NCBI RefSeq assembly: GCF_006345805.1
Contig: NC_043004.1
Span: 99,944,001-100,008,000, forward strand
Reading direction: 5' to 3'
DNA from: Octopus sinensis
Lineage: Eukaryota
DNA: 64,000 nt
Shown: positions 26,530-37,829 of the stretch, one piece after another
Layout of the letters: each line of letters begins with the position of its first letter
How positions within the stretch are numbered: position 1 is the first letter of the stretch
The notes under the pieces: model-generated
The model's database searches: none
What the model was told of the DNA's origin: nothing
What the model saw: only the letters and a program-made list of their open reading frames with translations
Program-made: the position numbers and the translations under genes

Positions 26530-27741
26530 TCAATGCTGTTCTGAACTCTACCACCATGACTCATGCAGTATTAACTTCGCTTAGTGTCCATTAAAATACA
26601 CACATATTGCCCTCACACTATATGGCTGTCGCTTTTGTCATTCCCCGATTAGAATCTCAGTAAAATTTCACTCTTTCTATAGATATATATATATGCAGAT
26701 TGGAGAGTGTCCCCTTCTAAAGTCAAATTCTTGAAGTTAACCCCGTGAAGTGAACCCTTACATTCAACACCCTAATGTAAACACATTAAACACAGCTTTC
26801 TCAAGACGGCGCTCTTAAATCATTTCAGTTAAGGCGTACTTATTCCTACTAGATTTTGATATGCAAATATAACGTATGTTAATACTATTTAGCCTATTTG
26901 TAACAAATAAACAAATTAATAAAACTTAAGTAATTAATTTAAGGACTGACTGAATGATTGATTGATTGATTAAATTAATTGAATGACTAATGAAGCAATT
27001 GATAAATTGATTTATGCGTTAGCTAATCAATTAGTAAGTATTTCACGTTGATGCCATCTTCAGCAGAATCTCCTTCAGTAACAATCCAAGAAGATGTTTT
27101 GTGTTTTTTAATCTAATTCATTACAAATCACCACAAGCAGTAATTCCTGTTACACTAATCTAAAAAAATGGAACGGAAGAATTAACTAGGAAATCTAAAT
27201 GTGTTTGTTTGGCCTACTAGAAAGTGCGAATGAATTTTCTGCGAATCCTATCCTATCCCATTAAGTATAGAAGAACATTTGGATAATGTCGTACCTGAAA
27301 ATTACTCCACATGGCTATGATTCTTCCCAATGAGGGCCTTCTGGGATCTAAATAATAACAACAGTTACGGAAACATTTTTTCATTCATAACCAAGATAAA
27401 AAGAAGAGGTGCACTTGTTTCTTTTAACAAGTCAGCCCTGATTTAGGTTAATTAAAATCAAAAATATTCCAGCCATGTATATCTTCTTTTATTCTGATAC
27501 AGTTTAGGTGAGTCTACGTTATGCACCGTGCCCTGCATTAAGCCCTAGCCTAAGCAATATTCATATATGAAAAAGTATTAGCATTATTTCAACGTTTTGG
27601 GCATAGTTTAAAAAAAATAGAATGTTTAAATTCCCGTTAATCACAGCTAAATAAGACATATTTAATTCATAAACTACATCAGTGGTTCCCAACCTGCAAT
27701 CCGCAAAGTTATTACTGGGGGGTCTGTGAACTAAATTCAAA

Positions 27742-27783
<42 letters not shown>

Positions 27784-27799
27784 AAATTTTGAATTTGGT

Positions 27800-27832
<33 letters not shown>

Positions 27833-27846
27833 TATATATATATTAT

Positions 27847-27896
<50 letters not shown>

Positions 27897-27952
27897 TATG
27901 TATATATAAAATTTTGAATTTAGTTATATATATATATATATATAATATTATA

Positions 27953-28224
27953 AGAGACAAAACCACTATTTTGCAAAACAAACAAGGAAAGACTTAATCA
28001 ATACATAAAATTTTAATAAAAAGTCAAAAAACCGCCACTACAATTGTTTCTTGTCTTGCTCGACAATCTTCATAATTTGAAACTGACTTATTGGAAGTCC
28101 ACCTGAAGATTGTCGATCAAGACAAGAAACAATTGTAGTGGCGGTTTTTTTGACTTTTTATTAAAATTTTATGTATTGATTAAGTCTTTCCTTGTTTGTT
28201 TTGCAAAATAGTGGTTTTGTCTCT
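27953..28224. repeat. ~120-bp fold-back inverted repeat of a Penelope-like terminal repeat
   Basis: 27953-28072 is the reverse complement of 28104-28224, nearly identical, with a 31-bp spacer. Confidence 0.9.
28099..28141 (+). ncRNA. minimal type-I hammerhead ribozyme
   Basis: CCAC-CUGAAGA-UUGUC-gaucaa-GACAA-GAA-ACAAUUGU-A/GUGG: stem I 4 bp, stem II 5 bp, palindromic stem III, GUA cleavage triplet. Confidence 0.85.
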
Positions 28225-28444
28225 AATAATATTATATAATATTTTACTATAAAATTGGATTTAATCCTAAATCTGATTTTTTCCCTGTAAATTTGGATTT
28301 ATTCCCTAATATTTATTATTATTATATATATATATATATATATTTATGAAATTTTGAATTTAGTTATATATATATATATATATATACATATAAGAATTTT
28401 TTGCGTAATGAGATAAAGAACCAAGGCTGTGTAGATATTAGAAC

Positions 28445-28800
28445 ATTTATAGCTAGAAGGTCTTACAGCTGTTTCCAGGATATTTTTAAATTATATCCCT
28501 TCATCAGAGACGGTGTGAGAGGATAGTTAAGTCATAGTTAGTTTAGATGTGATACAAAATGGAGAATGGGTGGAGGAAAGAAAATATATGCAAGATGTGT
28601 ATGGATATTGAAGTTGTAAATCCATTTTTAGGCAGAATGGTATATATGTAGTATTCCAATACCCTGTGAGTAAAGTCCAAAAATCCAACAGAGTTTAAAA
28701 TAATGGGTCCTTCCAAATATAGAGTTTATACACAATGTAAGATTCCCTTATGAGTGAGATCCAGTTTTTTTAAACTTGGTCATTCCAAATAGAGAATTTA
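28445..28800 (-). mobile_element. Penelope-like terminal repeat fragment
   Basis: Non-coding AT-rich segment containing a complete hammerhead (28460-28511), bounded by AT-rich/(TA)n sequence. PLE assignment inferred from the ribozyme type. Confidence 0.55.
28460..28511 (-). ncRNA. minimal type-I hammerhead ribozyme
   Basis: GUCU-CUGAUGA-A-GGGAUAU-aauuuaaaa-AUAUCCU-G-GAA-ACAGCUGU-A/AGAC: stem I 4 bp, stem II 7 bp including one G-U, palindromic stem III. Confidence 0.85.
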
Positions 28801-28806
28801 TATATG

Positions 28807-28992
28807 AGCCACTACACACATTTTTTTTCTCTCTTTGTTTCTCTCCTTGTTTTTTCTGTGTCCCTTTCTGTAGAAGAGCGTAGGCTCGAAACGTAAAAGA
28901 CTTTTTCTATTCCTGAGCGTTATACTAATACGTCTGTTTGTTTTGTACACCACCTGTCTTCGTCTTTTGTTTTTTTCGTAAACTCTCCCTAT
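28807..28992 (+). mobile_element. Penelope-like terminal repeat (GAAGAGCGTAGGCTCGAAACGT family)
   Basis: Three copies in the window (18541, 28807, 55385), all abutting (TA)n-type sequence; contains a hammerhead-like fold. Confidence 0.65.
28864..28899 (+). ncRNA. hammerhead-like motif with variant core (CUGUAGA)
   Basis: CUUU-CUGUAGA-A-GAGC-guag-GCUC-GAA-ACGU-A/AAAG. All stems pair, but conserved A6 is U. Confidence 0.55.
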
Positions 28993-28994
28993 GT

Positions 28995-29232
28995 ATAGGG
29001 AGAGGAGAGCACAGCTGTGGTTGGACAGGCGGGACAGGAGGAGGACAACTGCAGCAACACCCCACACGTACCCATCGATGTTCCAAGGACTGTACCAAGG
29101 ACTGCCAAGGACTGTACCAAGGACTGCCACTCTAGAATTGGACTGTTCAGTCACAGCAGACGCTGCACATCATCAAAGTAGGCCCCACCCTTGGCGCAAC
29201 CCATTGTCTATCAAGACAGACGGGGATAAAGA
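28995..29232 (+). mobile_element. RTE-clade LINE extreme 3' end
   Basis: Reads ...KDCHSRIGLFSHSRRC*, the C-terminal CCHC-like motif of RTE ORF2, followed by an RTE-type tail CCATTGTCTATCAAGACAGACGG. CCAAGGACTG(TA) is tandemly expanded x4. Confidence 0.75.
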
Positions 29233-29974
29233 TATATATATATATATTTAAGCATGGGAAGACTCATTTTAATAAAAAGGTTGGGTACCACTGCAGTAAA
29301 CGATAGCGTAGTCAAATCGGTGCAAACATAAGAAATGTAATGGAATTTTCAATTTTTATTTATTCAAATTAGACGAGTACTAGGGAGAAAAATTAGCTCA
29401 ATAATCATTTCTCTCCATAATGGCAATGGAAAGAAATTTGAGATTTTACTTCATTGAAATTTATTAAAAGGGACCCACCTAATTAAATTAATAATAATAG
29501 TACGATGTCCCAGCATGGCTTAAGCCTCTGGGTGCAACAGATAAATAGAATACTAAAATGTTAGAATACGCAACAAAGAGAGAAAAGCATCCTTTGCCGA
29601 AATATGAATTCTGCTAAACAAAGCTTGTGTGTGTAAGAGAGTGTCTGTGTGTGTGTGTGTGTGTGCGCGCGAGCGCATGTGAATATGTCTATGTGTGGAA
29701 GGGAGATAACTTCGAAATTTTAATTCATAAAATTAGAATAGAGAGGAAGCAATGACTATTACTAACAGCATCTATGGACTGCGAGGATATTAACTTGCTG
29801 ACAACTTGGTTTACAGTTAGAGTTCTTATATATTATTGTAAATATTGCACAATGCTTGTGGCTATGGACTGTGAAAAGGTTAGCATGTTGAGAACATGAT
29901 TTACATTTAAAATAGAATACCTAATAGCCAGCAGCTATGGATCATGGAAAACATTAGCGTTAGCATTACTTACA

Positions 29975-29979
29975 AGAAG

Positions 29980-30023
<44 letters not shown>

Positions 30024-30683
30024 GGTGGTGGTGGTGGTGGCGGTGGTGATGTTGGTGGTGGCAGTGTCGTCGCCGGCGGTGGCCATAGTGATTATGGTAA
30101 TGGCACTGGCTGCGGCGGAGGTGGTGGTAGTGATGGTGGTATTAGTGGTGGTGGTGGTGGTGCTGAGGATGATGAAGATGATGAAGGTGGTGGTAGTGGT
30201 GGTGCTTCTGCTGATGCTGCTGCTGCTGCTGATGATGATGATGATGATAATGATGATGTGATTGGTGGTGGGGTTGCTGCCGCTACTAGTTGAAGTATTG
30301 GTAGCGGTGGCGGTGGTGGTATGGTGGTGGGATGTTAGTGGTGGCGGCGGTGGCTCAGTTACGGCGACGGCAATGGTGGTAATGACTGGGGTGGTGTTGA
30401 TAGCATTATTATCATTATTAATATTATTATTAGTAGTAGTAGTAGTTGTAGTTGTTGTTGTTGTTGTAGGAGTTGGAAGTGGAGGAAGAGGAAAGAAGGA
30501 GGAGAGAAGGAAGAAGAGGGGAGGAGGAGGAAGAGGCGGGGAGAAGTATCAACAGCTAATTTCTACAAAGCACTGCCTGTAGTTGTAGTCTGCGAAAGGT
30601 TTAGCTCTCTGACAGCTGCTTTTGTAACCAGAAACTTTATGTTTGTAGCAACAGCAGTTGCTTATTCAGTAGTAGTAGTTGTA

Positions 30684-30716
<33 letters not shown>

Positions 30717-30730
30717 CAGCAGCAGCAGGA
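29975..30730. repeat. compound trinucleotide field (GTA/GTG/GAT/GAG)
   Basis: Direct inspection; poly-V and poly-M ORFs. Confidence 0.85.
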
Positions 30731-31379
30731 GCAGTAGTCGTTATAGAATGTTGCCAGCAGCCGTGGTCTGAGAGGAGGTTAACTCGGTGACAGCTGGCTT
30801 TTACAGCAAGAATACGTTATATATGTAATGGTCTATTACATCACACAGCCAGAAGTTATGGACTTGGAAAGGTTAAGGAATGGCACCATCAATGGCAGGT
30901 CATCAATTCCAAATTGTCAGTGCGCAATATTTAAACAAGATAGTGATCAAGAGAAAGTTGCCACTGGAAAATTAGATATTTTCATTCTTTCACAACCAAA
31001 AGAGAAAAGAGAAATTCAACCTTATTGAAGAATTTAACCAATGCTTAAATCGGATGATATTATTTTATGTGAACTCTCTGTTGTATTGTTTTGCTTCTCT
31101 TTTATTATAAAACTTTATATTGTATTTTCTGTAGTGGGAAATTCTTCAAAATTTTTTAAGAATGAGGGAAAAAAAAAAATTCATTTTAGTTTATTTTTCT
31201 TTAGCGCGTATGTTTGTTTGGTTTCTTTTTCATTTTAGAAAAGATGCAATCTTTAGGAAAAGCCAAAAACGCAAAAGGAAGGTTCATGGAGAGAGAAAGA
31301 GAGAAAGGGGAGAGAGAGGAAGGTGTGCGTGCGGTCGTGCAGCATGTGCATTCGTGTCAAGGAGAGAGTGTGAAATATA

Positions 31380-32165
<786 letters not shown>

Positions 32166-33363
32166 AAACGAGAGAGATGTGGGGGAACAAATTGAGTTTC
32201 AGAAGAAAAATAAATTTGGTCAGGCTAAGTGTGATAAGATTACGCACGACGTGTGTGCATGCGAGAGCTCGTGTGTTTTTGTGTGTCTCCTTATGCTTTC
32301 AATAGAAGTGTGGGATACACAGTGGAATGCTAAAATGTTAGTAAGGCAGAAACGAAAAAACTCACTGATGATTGCAAACAGTTGGCTTAACATGAAAAAT
32401 CCAAGAGATAAGAAAATAGCTTGATAACAAAACGAATATATATATAAAATAACTGCACAAGATATGGATAAATTCTGAAAGAGTTGAAATGAGAAAAAGA
32501 TACAAATAGAATATCAAAAACTTTTGGTAAAAAAAATGAGAACTGAAAAGACAAACATGCATATCGAGAAGAGTAAACAACTGACATTGTTTAGAGATGT
32601 GTATAAAAAATTAAGAAAAGGTTTTTATTTATATATAAAAATATGTCTGTTTATAAGTCCACATATAACATCCAAAGGTACATTTTTTTTGTTTCTGATG
32701 AAATTACTCATGCCACATAAATGCAAGTTTTATGTACAAATTTGTAACGAAATTGTTGAGTAGCAATTGAAACAGGTGTAATTAGTGAGTATGTCCTATT
32801 TGTTAATAATAAACAATTATTAACTTCCTTATCTCAATGTTCTTCCCTTTTCTTCTTTTAAATGGATATAAACTATATGCTTTATATATACCTATTGTTT
32901 TAAGGGAGTTTCATTCCTCAAAAATACTAGGCATTGGACTAGTATTTCATTGGATACAAACATCCCTTCACGTGGTTAAGTTTCCATATATGTGAAAATA
33001 AATAAAACTGAACACTGGAAATAAACTAGAGAAGAATTGGTATACACCACAGTTGATATAATACAAGACAATTAGCAAAGTGCAATGCCGTATACACACA
33101 CATACACACACATACATATATACAGATGTAAATATGCGTGGAGTGCGAGCGTGTGGGAGTGTCCCAAAGTGGTGACTATAAAGTTATTTAACGATGGAAT
33201 AAAGCTAAATTAAATATACAAATGGACAGTATACCCAAGAATAAGATAAGATGAAGATATAAAATGAAAATAATGAATTACCAGTTGGGACATTGGTCCT
33301 TTGGATATGTGAATATATATTTGTAGTGGATTTTCCTATAAAACATATGTCTGTGTGCGCGTT

Positions 33364-33429
<66 letters not shown>

Positions 33430-33430
<1 letters not shown>

Positions 33431-33860
33431 CAAAAACAGGATAGTAAGAGCAAAACAGTAAAAACAAACGGTGAGGGCTATTAAGCCATAACGATATGAA
33501 GTGGGGAACGCTGGAAAAACGAGCTTTGAGAAGAGACAGGCAAAAGCACGTCTTATCTTTAGCAAGGAAGTGGAAGAAAGAAAGATAGATAGACATTGGT
33601 CACGTAAGAGCCACGAGAGAGTCACTTTTCTCAAAGCTCGTTTTTTCAGCGTTCACCACTTCACCTCGTTATGGCTTTGCGTTAAGGACTGTTTTAACGA
33701 AGTAGCGTCTTGTCCCTACTTTCGCAACGCGGAGTAGATAAAACAGAGGAAAACTGATGAAGGGAATGTTGTTTATGCTGCCTGTCTCGTTTCTCTACTT
33801 GTTTCTTTCGTTGCGCGAAAAAAGTTCGTTTTCCATGCTTTTGTCTTTTATGCTCTCCTT
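33430..33860. mobile_element. rearranged Penelope-like terminal-repeat fragments with inverted arms
   Basis: 50-bp arms 33483-33532 / 33628-33677 with several mismatches; orphan CTGATGAAGGG at 33754 and decayed AAAGCTC core halves; preceded by (TA)n. Confidence 0.35.
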
Positions 33861-33951
33861 TCTCATTTTGTTCACGTTTTTGGAGACCCTCTACCCATTT
33901 ATGCATGTATATATATGCATATATATGTAGGCATGTACATGTATGTGTGTA

Positions 33952-34016
<65 letters not shown>

Positions 34017-34111
34017 GTATGTATATATATATGTACGTTTTAACGCACTCACCCGCGTGCACGCTTACACATACCCACACTTACACACACACACAAACAT
34101 TTATAGTTATG

Positions 34112-34181
<70 letters not shown>

Positions 34182-34455
34182 CTATACATACACACATACT
34201 AGTATATGAATATAGGAATGTATAGACACATATGCAAAGAAGCTCACATATACACACATCCATAATCATGCATATGTTTGCTCTTTTACAGACCCGTCAT
34301 ATTCTCAAAAGCTGATGGATTCGTATTAACGCTGCAATGGTATGTTAAGCACCAGTTTTTCCTGTTTGATGCAGCTACTTTCCAGACCACATCTGCGCCT
34401 ATGATTTGCTCGTCTATTCCACGTTGATATTTTAAAATCTTTTTCTTTTTCCTCT

Positions 34456-34628
34456 GTGGCTGTGTGGTAAGTAGCTTGCTAACCAACCACATGGTTCCGG
34501 GTTCAGTCCCACTGCGTGGCATCTTGGGCAAGTGTCTTCTACTATAGCCCCGGGCCGACCAATGCCTTGTGAGTGGATTTGGTAGACGGAAACTGAAAGA
34601 AGCCTGTCGTATATATGTATATATATAT

Positions 34629-34704
<76 letters not shown>

Positions 34705-34900
34705 TTCCCCTAGCATTGCTTGACAACCGATGCTGGTGTGTTTACGTTCCCGTAACTTAGCGGTTCGGCAAAAGAGACCGATAGAATAAGTACTGGGCTT
34801 ACAAAGAATAAGTCCCGGGGTCGAGTTGCTCGACTAAAGGCGGTGCTCCAGCATGGCCGCATTCAAATGACTGAAACAAGTAAAAGAGAGAGTAAAAGAG
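34456..34900 (+). mobile_element. SINE family A (slightly 5'-truncated, long (TG)n)
   Basis: Same body and tail as the other copies. Confidence 0.9.
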
Positions 34901-35259
34901 TTTCTCCCTGGAAAATTCGTTGAAAATAGTCAATTCAAAGATACTGGAACTTATATGACTATATTTTCTAAGATTTAACTTCTTTACGCTATGAGAAGGT
35001 TTAAAGCAGGCCGATGTGACGCAGATGGTTTCCCAGAGCTGCTCATTTGCAATGCTGTCAAAGTATACAATGCTAAAGTTCTAACAGCTTCTCTTTCCAT
35101 TACCAGTATCGTCTTGTTTCTCCAGTGTGGATTTGTGTCCCACATGCACGTACGAAAACAAGCAATAAAAATGCGTGCAAAATATGATCATGCCCTTCAG
35201 CATGGTCATTGCCTGTACAGTTGTTCTATAAATTTTTATGTCATTATCTTCTATTATTA

Positions 35260-36100
35260 ATTATTGTCCTCATTTAGTTTCCCTCTTCGGACATAGCTCT
35301 CTGTTGTGATGACACGGTTGGAAGTCGTGATCAGTTTGATTCTGCAACACCAAAATTCGTTCCAGTCTTAAAGAAGGATCCATCAAGGTAGGTGAGAAAC
35401 TCGAACAATGCATCGGCCTTCGTGTTTGCCCATAACTATAGTCGACAAGTCTTAGATATATGAGGTTCTCAATGGAAGATAATAGGGTCAAAATAATATC
35501 AACGCAATCGTTCATGATCTACTGGAGAAAAATGCTGAAGAAAGTAAACGTGAGGAGGACACTTTCATTTCATGGACTATTTTGGTAGCATGGAATCATT
35601 TCGCCCTCCAATGAATCCTTGACTTAATACCGCACTGGAGACCCTGGCCTAAAATTATAGGTTAGCATGTTAACATCTACCTCTTATGGAATTCGTATAT
35701 GCAGCACATAAAATATTATATAAGATAGTATCCAGCTCATCTTTATGAAGTGGTGGTAGGACTATCTGTTGGTATAGAGGATATTCCTCTCAGAGATTTC
35801 GAAGGTCAATATTTTGTCCCTCGTACTTCGACATTTACGTATGCTTGAATGTTCATCAGCTTTGATGCTTTCTGCTTGAGATCTTATTCTTCAGTAGAAT
35901 GACTATGATTTATAAGTTTGCTTGAATAGTTCTGGCATAGCCGAATATCGTCTTTGTGAAAGTTGGAAAGATAAACGCCTAAATATCACTTCCGATCAAA
36001 AGCATAACTTTACTAAAATATATTTGCAATGTCGATTATTTATACCAGACAAACAGATCATTTCTCCCTGTCAAATGAATGGTTGTACTTTTGCACAAGA
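35260..36100 (-). pseudogene. highly decayed LTR-retrotransposon (gypsy-like) pol/integrase relic
   Basis: Minus frames give QQIVLPPLHKDEL, SRS*TIALILF (cf. RPWxxIxxDLF), YLRLVDYSY (cf. YLVIVDYYS) and FGVAESN*SRLPTVSSQQRAMSE (cf. SSPxYPQSNGxAER), in the expected order. Many stops. Confidence 0.45.
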
Positions 36101-36724
36101 TTATCAGCTATGGTTTGATAAACACTGATATTGTGTTTATGTAAGTTTGAATCGGACGTCCAAAATTTTCCAAATTATATTCAAGTTAAGGTTTTCAAGA
36201 TTTGTATTTCCGAAACCAAAATTTGTATAAAAAATATCCTCCGAAATACTCTAATTTAGACTCATTAATCGTATATTATATTTAATTTTCATTTTAAAAG
36301 AGAAAGACAACGCTATCAGTAACACAGAACTATCAATTTTTAAGTTTAATCACATTTCTGGTGCACATTAGGATCAAAGAATGTTGATCAAAGGAATTTC
36401 ACGAAATCACCAATAATAAAAAACGGAAGGGAAAAAATTTTTAAGTGCACGAAAATTACGTTTCTCAATTTCTAACAGATGCTTCTTTTTTTCTTTTAAG
36501 TCAAAATTTGTAATTTTGTAGACGAAATTTTGCTATCATAACCGATGTGTGAAACTGATTTCTGCGTTCTGTATTAATTGTCCAATCTCACCTTTTGTTT
36601 TACCGCACTGTACTATAACTAGAGATTTATTTTACGTAATCTTCGCACAAAGTTCACTGAACAACAGCAGGAGGGAATTTTTTTCCATAATGGTTTTTTA
36701 GAGATACACTGAAATAGAAAGTAT

Positions 36725-36851
<127 letters not shown>

Positions 36852-36891
36852 ATTAGCTTTGTGATGCTTCTATCAATATATGCTTCAGCTA

Positions 36892-37088
36892 GGGAGGCGA
36901 ATTGGCAGAATCGTTCGCACGCAGGGCAAAATGCTTAGCGGCATTTCCTCTATGTTGACATTCTGAGTTCAAACTCCGCCGAGGCAGACTTTATCTTTCA
37001 TCCTGAGTCGATAAAGCAAGGCTTGTTGAGAACTGGGGATCAATGTAATCGTCTATCTACTTGCTGGCCTTGTTTCAAAATTTGAAAT
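36892..37088 (+). mobile_element. SINE family B (diverged)
   Basis: TTGGCAGAATCGTTCGCACGCAGGGCAAAATGCTTAGCGG...CTGAGTTCAAACTCCGCCGAGG. Confidence 0.8.
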
Positions 37089-37829
37089 CAATATATACGG
37101 TATATTTAAACCTCCTACGTCTTTAGCTAACTCGTCACACGAAACAAAATTCACGAACGCAATAATAATGTTCGTGCTCAACTGTTTAAGAGATCTATCG
37201 TAAACTATCGATTGAATAAATCTTCAGACTACCGTTTATAATATATTTAATTTAATTTCTTTTTTACTTCTATAGTTTATGTAGTAAGCTTCCTAAGCAT
37301 ACCTGAAATTAATTTGGAGTTTGCAAAAAAAGAAAATATATACTTATTCTGGTTTACAGAATTCATATATTCATTTCAAGTAAATTTATGCATTTTTGTT
37401 ATAATTAAATTACAACACTTGCATACTGCATTATCATTTTCCAATATATGTAACTTAGAATGACGTTCCTGAATCTGAAATTTCAATTGGTTTAGCATTA
37501 GCGCTTACGAGATAGTTACAAGAAAATTAATTAGTAGATAATTATGCAAATATATGCTCCCAAAATGTCTTTGACCAATCAAATCTTTCGATCGTCAAGG
37601 AGATGTGCAGAGAATATCAGAATGTAATGGAAGGATATCAACGCGTTTCTAAGGTCAACGGATGAAAAGAGAATAGAATTATGTGGTACGTAATCTAAAT
37701 ACTGCACTACTAGTCTAAACACTTAAATTTAGTGTTTATTTTGCTTGTCATATTACCTCAGATTCTTTTCCTTTTTTATTTTTTGTCAATATATTTTCTC
37801 AAACTTCAAATTTCACTGTTCCAAAATAG

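Larger units (their letters stand above)
27680..29293. mobile_element. hAT/Charlie-type MITE carrying ~1.4 kb of nested insertions
   Basis: TIRs CAGTGGTTCCCAACC (27680-27694) and GGTTGGGTACCACTG (29279-29293), 14/15 match. The 8-bp flanks match at only 4/8, so the element is old. Confidence 0.65.

Noticed and set aside
26041-26560. ~16-bp imperfect inverted repeats flanking a SINE (AGTCATGGTAGTGG / CTACCACCATGACT)
   Set aside because: Too short and imperfect to define an element; no TSD.
35278-35387. Plus-strand exon FPSSDIALCCDDTVGSRDQFDSATPKFVPVLKKDPS as a host CDS
   Set aside because: Lies antisense to the integrase relic; kept only as an exonisation candidate.
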